This document shows positions 46,816 to 57,908 of a DNA stretch of 64,000 nt, piece after piece. Both the position numbers and the translations under genes were made by a program. Positions within the stretch are counted from its first letter, which is position 1. Each line of letters begins with the position of its first letter. This stretch comes from an uncultured Clostridium sp. (lineage in GTDB: Bacteria > Bacillota > Clostridia > TANB77 > CAG-508), in NCBI GenBank assembly GCA_946500615.1, contig CAMMWP010000001.1, positions 69,231 through 133,230 of the forward strand, in the 5' to 3' direction. The notes beneath the pieces were generated by a model. The model was not told where the DNA came from and did no database searches. It saw nothing but the letters and a program-made list of their open reading frames with translations.

Positions 46816-48210
46816 TTATGCATTCCAAAATGCTTTATACGTTCTATATGCCGTATAAACATCATATTTACTTGTTACCTCATAAGGTGCATGCATTGAT
46901 AAGACTGGTACACCACAATCAATGACATCTGCCCCTTTATTGGCAATAATATAGGCAATTGTACCGCCACCTCCAATATCTACCTTTCCAAGTTCTGCAA
47001 TTTGATATTGGATTGCATTATTTTCTAATATATTTCTTACCCATGCTACATATTCTGCATTGGCATCTGAAGCTCCCGATTTTCCTCTAGCACCTGTATA
47101 TTTATTCAAACTAATTCCTTTTCCTAAAAATCCTGCATTTGTTTTATCTGAAACAGAAGCATATATTGGATCAAAACCAGCATCTACATCTGATGATAAC
47201 ATTTTCGAAAAGCAAAATACTTTATCCAAAAGATTTGGTTTATTGATTTCTAGCTTATTTAATATTTCTGAAATAAAGAAATCAAACATGTGTGATTCCA
47301 TTCCTGTATTTCCCATACTTCCAATTTCTTCTTTATCAGACAAGATACATACTGCTGTATTTTTTACATTTTCTAATTCCATCATCGCCATTAATGATGT
47401 ATATGCACAAACTTTATCATCTTGTCCATATGCTGCTACCATACTTTCGTCAAATCCTAAACTTCTAGCTTTAAAAGCAGGTACTAATTCAATTTCTGAA
47501 CTTGTTAAATCTGCCTCGATAATTCCATATTTTTCATGTAATATATTTAAAATATTTAATTTTACTAAGTCTTTTCCTTTTTCTTCATAAGGAATGCTTC
47601 CTATTAATAGATTTAAATCTTCCCCATTAATTCCATTTTTTAATTTTTTCTCCATTTGTTCTTGTGCTAAATGTGGCAATAAATCTGTAATCGTAAAAAT
47701 AGGGTCATTCTCATCTTCTCCTATACAAATATCTATTTTTTCTCCATTTGCTTTTACGATTGTACCATGAATGCTAAGTGGAATAGTTGTCCATTGATAT
47801 TTTTTAATTCCACCATAATAATGGGTTTTAAAATATGCCATTTCTGTATCTTCATATAAAGGATTTGGTTTTAAATCTAGCCTTGGGGAATCTACATGTG
47901 AACCAATAATATGTAGTCCTTTTTCAACACTTTCCGTTCCAATCATAGCCAAATACATACTTTTATTTCTATTAATAAAATATACTTTATCTCCTGCTTT
48001 TAAAGTATGAAATTCCATTATGTCTTTAAATCCATTTTGATCAGCAAGTTCTTTTGCCTTTTTTATAAATTCTCTTTCTGTCTTTGCATGATTTAAAAAA
48101 TTCATATATCCTTTTGAAAAATCAAATATGCTTTTCTTTTCTTCATCATTTACATGTTTCCATCCATTTTCTTTCTTATCTAAAAGCTTATTGCTTAATT
48201 CTTCACTCAT
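46816..48210 (-). CDS. M18-family aminopeptidase
   Basis: IIGSHVDSPRLDLKPNP. ATG at 48210 after an AGGAGG SD. ~464 aa. Confidence 0.8.
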   Translation of the reverse strand: MSEELSNKLLDKKENGWKHVNDEEKKSIFDFSKGYMNFLNHAKTEREFIKKAKELADQNGFKDIMEFHTLKAGDKVYFINRNKSMYLAMIGTESVEKGLHIIGSHVDSPRLDLKPNPLYEDTEMAYFKTHYYGGIKKYQWTTIPLSIHGTIVKANGEKIDICIGEDENDPIFTITDLLPHLAQEQMEKKLKNGINGEDLNLLIGSIPYEEKGKDLVKLNILNILHEKYGIIEADLTSSEIELVPAFKARSLGFDESMVAAYGQDDKVCAYTSLMAMMELENVKNTAVCILSDKEEIGSMGNTGMESHMFDFFISEILNKLEINKPNLLDKVFCFSKMLSSDVDAGFDPIYASVSDKTNAGFLGKGISLNKYTGARGKSGASDANAEYVAWVRNILENNAIQYQIAELGKVDIGGGGTIAYIIANKGADVIDCGVPVLSMHAPYEVTSKYDVYTAYRTYKAFWNA

Positions 48211-48344
48211 CCTAATCCCTCCTATATATTCTTTTTTCTGTTTCACAGTATATCATTATATTATTCATTTTTCCACTATTTTTATAATTTATTCCAAAAA
48301 ACTGGTTATACTATATATGAAATTACTTGGAAAGGTGGATTTTT

Positions 48345-49841
48345 ATGAATTCCTTATGGATAAATTCTGTAGATGAATTTTCAAAATTTAAAACATTAGA
48401 TCATAATTTAGAAGCAGATATCTGTATTATTGGTGCTGGTATTTTTGGAATGACTTGTGGATACTATCTGAGTCATTTAGGTTTTAAAGTCATTTTAATT
48501 GACAAAAATCATTTAGGTGGTACAACTTGTTTCACAACTGGTAAAATTACAAGCCAACATGGTTTATTTTATTCTTATCTTAACACTTCTTATGATATGC
48601 ATTTTGCAAAAGATTATTTAGAAGTAAATGAAAAAGCTATTAAAAATATTCAAGATATTATTCGTAAAGAACATATTGATTGTGACTTTGAAATTCAAAA
48701 TAATTATGTATATACTACCAAAAAAGAAGAAATTCATTTACTACAAAACGAACAGAAAGTTTTGGAAAGTTTAGATTATCACGCTGAGTTAACCAATTCG
48801 GTTCCTTTACCATTTCCCGTTGAGACTGCTTTATGTTTTAAAAATCAAGCAAAATTTAATCCTTTAAAATATATTTTAGGACTATCAAAAACCATTCTTC
48901 AAAAGAATGGACAAATTTATACCAATACGATTGCTGTTGATATTGAAAAAGATAAAAAGCAGTATGCTGTTTATACAAATAATGGTAATATGATAAAAGC
49001 CAAACATGTCATTATGGCAACACGCTATCCGTTTATGAATGTTCCGGGTTTTTATTTTTCAAAATTATATCAGTCTACTTCTTATATAATTGCTATTGAT
49101 ACGAAAAAAGAATTATTAGAAGATATGTATATTAATGTTTCTTCTCCTATCTATTCCCTTAGAAGTGCAAAATTTAATGGAAAGGATATGTTATTATTAG
49201 CAACTGGAAATTCTAAGACTGGTCACAATTATTCTCAAGAAAATCCCTATACAGCATTAAAAAATTTTGCAAAGCAATATTATCCAGATTGCGATGTTTT
49301 ATATGAGTGGAGTAGTGAAGATTGTATATCCTTAGATAAACTTCCTTACATTGGAAAATATTCTAATTTATTACCAAATGTTTATGTGGGAACTGGTTTT
49401 AAAAAATGGGGTATGACACTTTCAAATGTTGCTGCTAATTTAATTGTTGATGAAATTTGTGAACGAAAAAATCCGTATGCTTATTTATTTGATTCTACAA
49501 GATTTGGATTGTTTAAAAATTTTGATGAAGTAAAAAATATGGTTGTTGATTCTACAAATTCTTTATTGTTAAATAAATTGAAGTCTTCTGATGTTTCTTT
49601 GGAAAATATAAAAACAAATTCTGGAAATATTATTGAGTTAGATGGAAGAAAGATTGGTATTTATCGAGATAAAGAAAATAAAATTCATGCAATGAATCCA
49701 ATTTGTACTCATTTGGGATGTTTGCTTACGTGGAATGATATTGATAAAACTTGGGATTGCCCTTGTCATGGCTCACGTTATGATTGTTATGGAAAAAATC
49801 TGTATGGTCCTGCTTTTAAAGATTTGGATATTTATGAGTAG
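48345..49841 (+). CDS. FAD-dependent oxidoreductase with C-terminal Rieske [2Fe-2S] domain
   Basis: DICIIGAGIFG dinucleotide fold. CTHLGC...CPCHGSRY Rieske motif. ATG at 48345 after GGAAAGGTGGA. Confidence 0.85.
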   Translation: MNSLWINSVDEFSKFKTLDHNLEADICIIGAGIFGMTCGYYLSHLGFKVILIDKNHLGGTTCFTTGKITSQHGLFYSYLNTSYDMHFAKDYLEVNEKAIKNIQDIIRKEHIDCDFEIQNNYVYTTKKEEIHLLQNEQKVLESLDYHAELTNSVPLPFPVETALCFKNQAKFNPLKYILGLSKTILQKNGQIYTNTIAVDIEKDKKQYAVYTNNGNMIKAKHVIMATRYPFMNVPGFYFSKLYQSTSYIIAIDTKKELLEDMYINVSSPIYSLRSAKFNGKDMLLLATGNSKTGHNYSQENPYTALKNFAKQYYPDCDVLYEWSSEDCISLDKLPYIGKYSNLLPNVYVGTGFKKWGMTLSNVAANLIVDEICERKNPYAYLFDSTRFGLFKNFDEVKNMVVDSTNSLLLNKLKSSDVSLENIKTNSGNIIELDGRKIGIYRDKENKIHAMNPICTHLGCLLTWNDIDKTWDCPCHGSRYDCYGKNLYGPAFKDLDIYE

Positions 49842-49940
49842 CCGAGAAGCTTGAAAATCTACCATATGGCTACTCTCAGCTAGGGAGGTTTAAATGGTAA
49901 ACATATTTTATAGAAATTTGTTGTTTTTTGTATTTTTTTA

Positions 49941-49969
49941 TTGACTTGTTTTCTTTTATTTGCTACAAT
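49941..49969 (+). promoter_or_regulatory. Near-consensus sigma70 promoter with no ORF behind it
   Basis: TTGACT (49941-49946), 17-nt spacer, TACAAT (49964-49969). Confidence 0.5.
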
Positions 49970-50024
49970 ACCAGTAATAAATCATATATTTATATATTGA
50001 TTTGAAAATTATTTTTTGTTTATT

Positions 50025-50065
50025 GAACTAGATTTCTCCTATAATAGTAATCTAGTTCTTTTTTA
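50025..50065 (+). terminator. Rho-independent terminator ~90 nt downstream of the orphan promoter
   Basis: GAACTAGAT ... ATCTAGTTC followed by TTTTTTAT. Confidence 0.55.
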
Positions 50066-50131
50066 TATGGTATTTCATATACCAAAAAAGGATAATGCCA
50101 TAGCACTATCCTAGACTTTATAACTTTTATT

Positions 50132-50731
50132 CTAATTATTTTTTTCTAACTTATAGATAATAAATGATAAAACAACGCCTAATGTTGCTGTCATTAATTG
50201 TGTTGTACTCATTGCTGTTTGTAAATTTGACACTAATTTCTCTGGAAAAACACCAAAAACATTTAAAATTCCAAAGAAGGCAAATATAATAGCTACTTTC
50301 ACAGCTATTCCTACTATTCCAGCTAAAAAGTAATGCTTATTTTTCCCTAACAAAATAAATTTGTAGGCATATACTAATGCAAAATTCCCTACCCATATTG
50401 CTGGTATCATATATACCATATATGTAGAAGCTGTTCCAAATACATATCCACTTAATATTGTAGAAATACTTGGCATTGTAATAACACCAAGAATTTTAGC
50501 CCAACCTTTTAAATTAATCGCTGTTACAACTAAAGCCATATTTACAACTGTTCCCACAATTAGCTGAGAATTACTGGCTATCACACTAGTTGTTCCAAAT
50601 AAACTTGTAATCAATTGCCCTAAAAATGTTGGAACCAATAAGGCAATCAAAAATATAATGATAGTTTGTGCTATATCAGCACTTTTTGAAAAGTTCGTTA
50701 TTCTTTTATTAATAACACTTTCATTCTCCAT
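50132..50731 (-). CDS. Polytopic membrane protein (199 aa, about 5-6 TM segments)
   Basis: Hydrophobic ORF downstream of the small regulator gene. Confidence 0.5.
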   Translation of the reverse strand: MENESVINKRITNFSKSADIAQTIIIFLIALLVPTFLGQLITSLFGTTSVIASNSQLIVGTVVNMALVVTAINLKGWAKILGVITMPSISTILSGYVFGTASTYMVYMIPAIWVGNFALVYAYKFILLGKNKHYFLAGIVGIAVKVAIIFAFFGILNVFGVFPEKLVSNLQTAMSTTQLMTATLGVVLSFIIYKLEKNN

Positions 50732-50784
50732 TTTAAACTCCTCCTTCTATAGAATTTGAGCTTTAAAATAAGAATATATCTTTA

Positions 50785-51030
50785 TTATATATTGGAATAC
50801 ATAACTTTACTTGTTATTCCAGAAAGTTTGCCTATTTTTCCTGATAAAGTATTTATTTCGTCTTGTGGTGCATCTATCATAATATTTATAATATTAATAG
50901 ATTTTTTAGGATATGGCATTCCCATCCTTCCAATAATCCATTTTGAATAATCATGTAAAATAGAATTTAATTTTTCTACATTATCCTTTTTCTCTAATAT
51001 AATTCCTATTATGGCAACTCTTGTATCCAT
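50785..51030 (-). CDS. TM1266-like small ACT/regulatory protein
   Basis: MDTRVAIIGIILEKKDNVEKLNSILHDYSKWIIGRMGMPYPKKSINIINIMIDAPQDEINTLSGKIGKL matches my recollection of the TM1266/iron-only-hydrogenase-regulator family. ATG at 51030. Confidence 0.5.
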   Translation of the reverse strand: MDTRVAIIGIILEKKDNVEKLNSILHDYSKWIIGRMGMPYPKKSINIINIMIDAPQDEINTLSGKIGKLSGITSKVMYSNI

Positions 51031-51450
51031 GATTAATCTCATTCCTTCCCAAAAAACAAATCTGGTTGGAAAAGAATTAAATTTCAAATGAAGTTTGATA
51101 CATCCAAAATTATAATTGTTCTTCAACCGTTTCTCCTAAATTTTTTTATTCTTTTACTTTAATCAAATTATATTTTAGTATTAGAAACTACAATATACTT
51201 TGCTATAAAGATATTCTTATTAGCTCAGTCTTCATTATTATATCACATTTTTTTATATTTTCAACGGATTTTTATTATTGCAAGGTCATTTCAAAAATAA
51301 TTCCATTTACAAATTTATTAATGTTACATTTTTTAATTAAATATTAATTGCTTATTCATTATTCTTACAGTCTTTCAATAATCTTTCTTATTATAAAAAA
51401 TATTCAAAAAAACAACCTACAAACTTTATAGTTCGTAAGTTGTAAAAATT

Positions 51451-51524
<74 letters not shown>

Positions 51525-51618
51525 ATTACTCTTGACATTTATAAATTATAAAGTTTTTTCTTCTTATTGTCAATACTTTTTTTAAAATTTTCCAAATTTT
51601 TTTTGTAACTAACTGGTA

Positions 51619-52701
51619 CTATTTTAACTCTATAAAAAATTCTATATATGCATTATCATTTTTAACATAAATCTTCCCTTGATGCAAATCAATAATCTCT
51701 TTGGTTATGGCAAGACCCAATCCCGCTCCGCCTGTGCTACTAGATCTGGCATCATCACCTCGATAAAATTTCTCGAATAATTTATCCAACTTATATTGTG
51801 GAATTTTATCTCCTTGATTTCTAAACACAATAAATATTTTTTCATCTTTTTGCTCTAGCTGTATCTGTATGGTAGTATTTTCATAACTATAATTAATTGC
51901 ATTTTTCAATAAATTATCAAATGCTCTTGCCAATTTATCTCCATCTCCCAGATACATAACTTTATCAATAGATTCCAGATGGCAATTTAAATTTCTTTTT
52001 TCAAGCATAGGGTAACATTCATCAATCACTTGCTTTATTAAGTAAACCAAATTAATTTCTTGTTTATTAATAGGCATCTTTTGTAAATTATATCTTGTAA
52101 TATCAAAAAACTGATTAGTCAAATCTTCTACTCGTAATGATTTTTCGAGTGCAATGTTAATATATTTTTCTTGCAACGGCTTAGATATTTGTCTTTCATC
52201 TTTCAATAACGTTAAATACCCAATAATAGAAGTCAATGGTGTTTTTAAATCATGAGCCATATAGACAATTAAATCGTTTTTCTTTTGCTCTGCTTCTCTT
52301 TCGCTTTTCTTAGTTAATATATAATCATATTTAATATCATTTATTTTATCTGAAAATGCATTCATTTCACTTGGTAATTTAATGGTCTCATTATCTTCCT
52401 TTAATATTAAATCCAATGCGTTATATACTTCATGTATATCATTTACATATTTTGAAATAAATCGATAGATCACAATTGTCATAACAATACCAACATATAT
52501 ATATACAACCATATTCCTATTATTTACAATCCAATAATATAATTCATAATTAAATCTTTCCATTGCAATCGATAATCCATTTTCAAAAAATACTGTTACA
52601 ATAAAATATATGAACATAGAAATAATATAGGCAACAATGATATTGGCAATTAAAGAAACACATAATCTAATTTTTCTTTTTGTTAAATCATTCATTTTCA
52701 A
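51619..52701 (-). CDS. Sensor histidine kinase
   Basis: Two TM segments, H-box MAHDLKTPLTSI, N box LLKNAINYS, G2 box GGAGLGLAI. Confidence 0.9.
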   Translation of the reverse strand: MKMNDLTKRKIRLCVSLIANIIVAYIISMFIYFIVTVFFENGLSIAMERFNYELYYWIVNNRNMVVYIYVGIVMTIVIYRFISKYVNDIHEVYNALDLILKEDNETIKLPSEMNAFSDKINDIKYDYILTKKSEREAEQKKNDLIVYMAHDLKTPLTSIIGYLTLLKDERQISKPLQEKYINIALEKSLRVEDLTNQFFDITRYNLQKMPINKQEINLVYLIKQVIDECYPMLEKRNLNCHLESIDKVMYLGDGDKLARAFDNLLKNAINYSYENTTIQIQLEQKDEKIFIVFRNQGDKIPQYKLDKLFEKFYRGDDARSSSTGGAGLGLAITKEIIDLHQGKIYVKNDNAYIEFFIELK

Positions 52702-53377
52702 TTTTATATCCCACTCCCCATACAGTTTTTATAAACTTTGGATGTTTCGTATTTTCGTTTAATTTTTCCCTTATTCTTCTGATATGTACCATAACTGTAT
52801 TATTGCTATCTAAATATTTTTCTTTCCATACCTTTTCAAATAACTCTTCTGAAGAAATCACTTGTCCTTTATGTTCTGCCAAATATAATAATATATCAAA
52901 TTCCATTGGTGTTAAATCGATTTCTTTTTCATATAGTAAACACTGATGTTTGCTTCTGTCTATCATTAAACCATTTATTTCTATGATGTTATTTGCTATA
53001 TTTTTTTCATTATATAATGTATATCTTCTTAATGCAGATTTTACCCTTGCTATCAATTCTAATGGATTAAATGGTTTTGTAATATAATCATCTGCACCTA
53101 TTGTTAATCCTTTTATTTTATCATTATCCTCTATTTTTGCTGTTAGCATAATAACAGGAAATCTAAATCCCTTTTCTCGAATATATCTGCAAATTTCAAA
53201 TCCATCTTTTCCTTCAATCATTACATCTAATATTGCTACATCTATCGGTTGTGTATCTATGCAATGGATTGCCTCTTCTGATTTATAAAATTTATATATA
53301 TCGTAATTTTCATTTTGTAAATACAATTCTACTAAATCTGCAATTTCTTTTTCATCATCTAACACTAAAATATTCAT
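52688..53377 (-). CDS. OmpR-family response regulator
   Basis: Receiver domain ILVLDDE...DVMI...MLTAK. Winged-helix C-terminus ...IKTVWGVGYKIE. Confidence 0.9.
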   Translation of the reverse strand: MNILVLDDEKEIADLVELYLQNENYDIYKFYKSEEAIHCIDTQPIDVAILDVMIEGKDGFEICRYIREKGFRFPVIMLTAKIEDNDKIKGLTIGADDYITKPFNPLELIARVKSALRRYTLYNEKNIANNIIEINGLMIDRSKHQCLLYEKEIDLTPMEFDILLYLAEHKGQVISSEELFEKVWKEKYLDSNNTVMVHIRRIREKLNENTKHPKFIKTVWGVGYKIENE

Positions 53378-53554
53378 CTATATCCCTTTCTTTCTTTTTA
53401 ATTATACCATATATTTGCTTATTTTCATTCGTTTTTTGTAAATGTAAGAAAAAATTAAGAATTTGTTAATCCTTTTTTAAAGTTCTTTTTGTATTTATTT
53501 TATAAACTATATATGAACTTTCAAAAAGTTGATGATAAATTCGGAGGTAAAAAA

Positions 53555-54322
53555 ATGAAGAAAAAAACACGTAAAAAATTAAATAAAAAACGATTGGTTT
53601 TTTCATTATTCCTATTATGCATTATTCTTTACTTATATGTTAACTCTCGCAACACAGTAATTGAAAATACAAATTTCATTTCTCCTATAGAAAACGATTC
53701 TGGTTATGATATCATTAAGCAAGATACCAATCCTCGTTATAGTGGAATAGGTCAAGAAAAGGTAAAACAAAAAGATGGATATTTTACAACTTTTACAACA
53801 GAAAACAATCATCAAAAAACCTATTTGGAATACAAGCAAAACGGAAATGCTTCTTGGAGCAATCATTCATATTGGGGAGATACTATGGCAGAAAATGGAT
53901 GTGGTATCACTGTGTTATCTATTATTTTAAGTGGATATAACCAACATTATACACCAGAAGATTTAAGAAAAAAATACTATCCTGTTATGGATTATGAACA
54001 ATTTCCAAATGAATTATCTACTACATTCGGAATTAAAAATTCTGGTTTCTATTATGATTCTGAACATTTATCTAACACAGCCATTGAAGAGCATTTACTT
54101 ACCAATAGACCAATTATTGTTTGCCTTTGGAATACGCCACATGATAATCGTTGGACAACTGCCTCTCATTATATGGCGCTTCTTGCTACTGATGGAAATG
54201 GAATGGTCTATGTTTCTAATCCAAATGGTTTAGAAAATGATAGCAAAAGTTCTGGTTGGTATGATATTAATGAAGTCACACCTTATCTTGCAAAAGCAAT
54301 CTATATTGAAGAAACTACATAA
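53555..54322 (+). CDS. Membrane-anchored papain-like (C39-like) peptidase domain protein
   Basis: ATG at 53555 after a GGAGGT SD. N-terminal TM. AENGCGITVLSIILSGY is a candidate catalytic Cys, followed by ...ASHYMALL... Confidence 0.45.
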   Translation: MKKKTRKKLNKKRLVFSLFLLCIILYLYVNSRNTVIENTNFISPIENDSGYDIIKQDTNPRYSGIGQEKVKQKDGYFTTFTTENNHQKTYLEYKQNGNASWSNHSYWGDTMAENGCGITVLSIILSGYNQHYTPEDLRKKYYPVMDYEQFPNELSTTFGIKNSGFYYDSEHLSNTAIEEHLLTNRPIIVCLWNTPHDNRWTTASHYMALLATDGNGMVYVSNPNGLENDSKSSGWYDINEVTPYLAKAIYIEETT

Positions 54323-54413
54323 AATTTACAATTGCCTTTTAAAAAATTGAAAAATCAATATTTCTATGATAATATACATCTATATAAATAACAATGGAGG
54401 AAACACAACGACT

Positions 54414-56084
54414 ATGAAAAATAAATTTAAAGAACTTAGATATATTTCTTTGATTCTTATTGTTTGCTTAATCTTATGTATTCCTTTACTATCAAGCGAT
54501 TTAGATGTATATTATGATGATGGAATCCAGCATATTGCCAGAGCGTATTCTACCAATTTATCCATTAAAAATCATGAGCATACAACCGTACTTTCCAATC
54601 TAGCTAATGGATTTGGCTACAGTTGGGATTTGTTTTATGGACCTTTATCTAGTATCATGATTATATTAGGCAAATTGATAACAACTACTTTTATCAGTGG
54701 CTATAAACTTGTTTTGTTTATAGGACTTCTACTTTCTGGAATAACGATGTATGCATTTGTTTACAAATTAACCAATAACAAACTGACTAGTACCATTGCA
54801 TCAATTTTCTATATCATAATGCCTTATCATTTGACAGACATGTATATTAGAAATGCTGTTGGAGAATTTTTAAGTTATATCTTTATTCCTTTGGTATTTT
54901 TAGGATTATATAACTTATTCCATAAAGAAAAACGAGACTGGCTATTATGTTTAGGTGCAGTAGGTCTATTGCTAACACATAATTTAATGACGTTTCTTAC
55001 GGCTATTATGGCTTTTATCTACTTATGTACAAATTTTTCAAAGTTAAAAGATACAAAAATATTAAAAAAATTATTTTTTAATGTAGTATGTATTCTTTGC
55101 ATAAGTGCTTTTTTTTGGATGCCTATGGTGGAAACAGCATTATCTGGAGAATATCAAGTGTATCAAGAAAATGCCATGTCAACAGCAGATTCTTTTGCAG
55201 AAAGTGCGTTAGACTTAGAAGCTTTATTTTTTACGCAAAAAGATGCTACACATGTATTTGAAATGGGGATACCAATTATCATAATCCTTTGTTTGTCAAT
55301 CTTTACAATAAAAAAAGTGACTGGATTACATTATAAAAAAGAATATATCTTATTTTTATGTTTAGGTATTTTATGTCTAATAATGACTACCAAATATTTT
55401 CCATGGAATCTGTGTGGTAATTATTTTAAAATGATTCAGTTCCCATGGAGAATGCTAGTGTTTGCTAATTTCTTCCTAGCGATAATTTGTGCATTAAATA
55501 TTCAAATCCTTATTAAAAATTTTAATATAAAAGATGTTATATTCTTTTCTTTTGTTTGTGTTTTGTGTACAGTACCTTTAATAAATTTTCTTCCTACTGA
55601 CCAAGAACTTGTTGATATGGATCAATGGTCAATTGGTATTCTTACAGAAAACACAAGTGATGTAATTGCCGGCATGGGAAAAAGTGAGTATTTACCTGTG
55701 AAGTTTAATAAGCATAGAAGCTATATTTTGAATAAAAATGGTGTTTCTGTATTAAGTGGAAAAGGAGATATTAATGAACAAAAAAAGGATGGACAATCTT
55801 TAACTTGTAACGTCGAGATTTTTGAGGATCATACGATTCTTGAATTTCCTTATACATATTATCCGGGATATCATATATTTTTAAATGGAATGGAAGTGGA
55901 TGGTTTCCAAAGCTCAAATGGATTACTAGCAATTTCTGTAAACAAAATGGAACTGTCTACTGTGATGGTTCAGTATACAGGTACGTTTGTTATGCATTTG
56001 TCTCGTATAATTTCTGTTATTAGTGTTTTGGGTTTTATGTTTTATATTTTTGTTTGTCATTTCAGAAATAAATTTATCTTATGA
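54414..56084 (+). CDS. Large polytopic membrane protein (GT-C/YfhO-like candidate)
   Basis: ATG at 54414 after a GGAGGA SD. More than 10 TM segments, then a soluble C-terminal domain and a final TM. Confidence 0.4.
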   Translation: MKNKFKELRYISLILIVCLILCIPLLSSDLDVYYDDGIQHIARAYSTNLSIKNHEHTTVLSNLANGFGYSWDLFYGPLSSIMIILGKLITTTFISGYKLVLFIGLLLSGITMYAFVYKLTNNKLTSTIASIFYIIMPYHLTDMYIRNAVGEFLSYIFIPLVFLGLYNLFHKEKRDWLLCLGAVGLLLTHNLMTFLTAIMAFIYLCTNFSKLKDTKILKKLFFNVVCILCISAFFWMPMVETALSGEYQVYQENAMSTADSFAESALDLEALFFTQKDATHVFEMGIPIIIILCLSIFTIKKVTGLHYKKEYILFLCLGILCLIMTTKYFPWNLCGNYFKMIQFPWRMLVFANFFLAIICALNIQILIKNFNIKDVIFFSFVCVLCTVPLINFLPTDQELVDMDQWSIGILTENTSDVIAGMGKSEYLPVKFNKHRSYILNKNGVSVLSGKGDINEQKKDGQSLTCNVEIFEDHTILEFPYTYYPGYHIFLNGMEVDGFQSSNGLLAISVNKMELSTVMVQYTGTFVMHLSRIISVISVLGFMFYIFVCHFRNKFIL

Positions 56085-56465
56085 TTAAAATTATTTTTGA
56101 TTTATAAATATATATATAATTTAAGTTTATTACTTATCTGTTAAATCCTCCATAATTTGTCCAATTAATCTAAGTAATACTATATTCTTCTCTTAAAATT
56201 TTTATAGGATTGATAATGCAATCCTATATTATTATATTTTAATAATCTAAAAACACATATGACAAAAATCGCAAATAATATTTACAACATAGTTTGGTAA
56301 TGGTAAAATGTAAATTGATAAATATCGTTTTTTAATTTTGATTTATTATATGTGTATTAAAAAACATTTTGATAAAAATGAAAGGAGGAATACAAAAGAT
56401 AAGGCATAAATTTATTTCAAAATACAAATAATAAGCATATTAAAATACATAAGAAAGGAGCAAAA

Positions 56466-57617
56466 ATGAAAATTTTTAATAAAAAAGCAAATAAAGGTAT
56501 CACTTTAATAGCACTTGTTATTACAATTATTGTGTTATTAATCTTAGCAGGAGTAACCATCTCTACATTAACAGGAGAAAATGGGATTTTAACTCAAGCT
56601 AATAAATCAAAAGAAAAAACAAATGAGGGTGAAGACATAGAAAATATTAAACTAGCAATAAATGAATCTAAAATTCTTCAATCTGAACAAGAGGACAAAA
56701 CAGAAGAAGCATTATTGAAAGAGACAATCGGAAAAAATACTAATAAAGATGTGGGAATTAGTAAAAAAGATGAAAATGGCTCTTATACTGTCACCATTGG
56801 AAATAAAGAATACTTAGTTCAAGGTGGTAATGTAACAAGCAAAGAAGATGGAATTACAGATAAACAAAATGTTTTAGTAGCTTCTACCGATAATATTATA
56901 TTTACAAATACCATTACTGAACAAGATGTAAAAGTAGATTATCCTAACTATAATAATTATCAAATTATAGGAATTAGTGCAAGTGAAGCTGGCGAATATA
57001 AAACAAGTGGTGAAATAGAAGGTACAGCAGGAAATATGGAAATCGTTGGAGATTTGCAGCAATCAACATACAAATATAATTTAAACAAACCGATGTTGGG
57101 AGATGAAACATTTTTTGTAAAAGTATCAGTTGATGGGGTAGAAAAGTTGCAAAAATTGGAAGTAATACAAGGTGATATAGTAAGATATGAGGAAGACAAA
57201 TTAACTTTTATAGATCTAGAAGACGGAACAGCTGAAGATGGATTATGGACAGATGTAGAAAATGAAAATTTTAGTAATGGCAAAGCTAAAAGAGTTCAAC
57301 GTACTAACAGAGTTAAAGGAAGTGCACAATGTAATTTTAGTTTTAAAGGAACAGGTATCGATATAATTTTTGCACAAGATAAAGGTGAAACTGGAGCTAT
57401 CAGAATGAAGATTCCAGATTCTAATCTTAGTACTATTTTTGTACTTGATAGCTTATCAAGCGAAAATCAATATAACATAAAATATCAAAATATTAGAAAT
57501 TTAGACGAAAATGTAATGCATAATCAAGAAGCTTCAGTAGGATATTCTTCTGTATTTGATATTTTTAAAACAGGAAGAAGTATTGTCTATATTGATGCAA
57601 TAGATGTATATAGATAA
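56466..57617 (+). CDS. Prepilin-type N-terminal domain protein (pilin-like) with large C-terminal domain
   Basis: MKIFNKKANKG|ITLIALVITIIVLLILAGVTISTL. Class III signal-like, with Ala instead of Glu at +5. Confidence 0.55.
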   Translation: MKIFNKKANKGITLIALVITIIVLLILAGVTISTLTGENGILTQANKSKEKTNEGEDIENIKLAINESKILQSEQEDKTEEALLKETIGKNTNKDVGISKKDENGSYTVTIGNKEYLVQGGNVTSKEDGITDKQNVLVASTDNIIFTNTITEQDVKVDYPNYNNYQIIGISASEAGEYKTSGEIEGTAGNMEIVGDLQQSTYKYNLNKPMLGDETFFVKVSVDGVEKLQKLEVIQGDIVRYEEDKLTFIDLEDGTAEDGLWTDVENENFSNGKAKRVQRTNRVKGSAQCNFSFKGTGIDIIFAQDKGETGAIRMKIPDSNLSTIFVLDSLSSENQYNIKYQNIRNLDENVMHNQEASVGYSSVFDIFKTGRSIVYIDAIDVYR

Positions 57618-57744
57618 TATTTTATGGTTGTCTATTACTAGTTATCGTCAAATAGAAACTATCACTTAATGTACTTTTCCTTTATCATATTATTCAATGG
57701 ATTTCACATGTGGTGTTATTTTCTATATTTTATATGTATTTTTA

Positions 57745-57780
57745 AAAATAGGTCTAATAAAAATATTAGACCTATTTTTA
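57745..57780 (+). terminator. Rho-independent terminator
   Basis: AAAAATAGGTCTAATA-AAAA-TATTAGACCTATTTTT. Confidence 0.7.
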
Positions 57781-57908
57781 TTGAATCTTCTATCTTTCAA
57801 GTAATTTGTGTCCCATTCGTTTGCTTATCAATTGCTATCGTTTTCTTGTATAGGTTAAATTACCAATATACAATAACTGTTAAGGGAATGTTGGAATTTA
57901 AATAGTGA

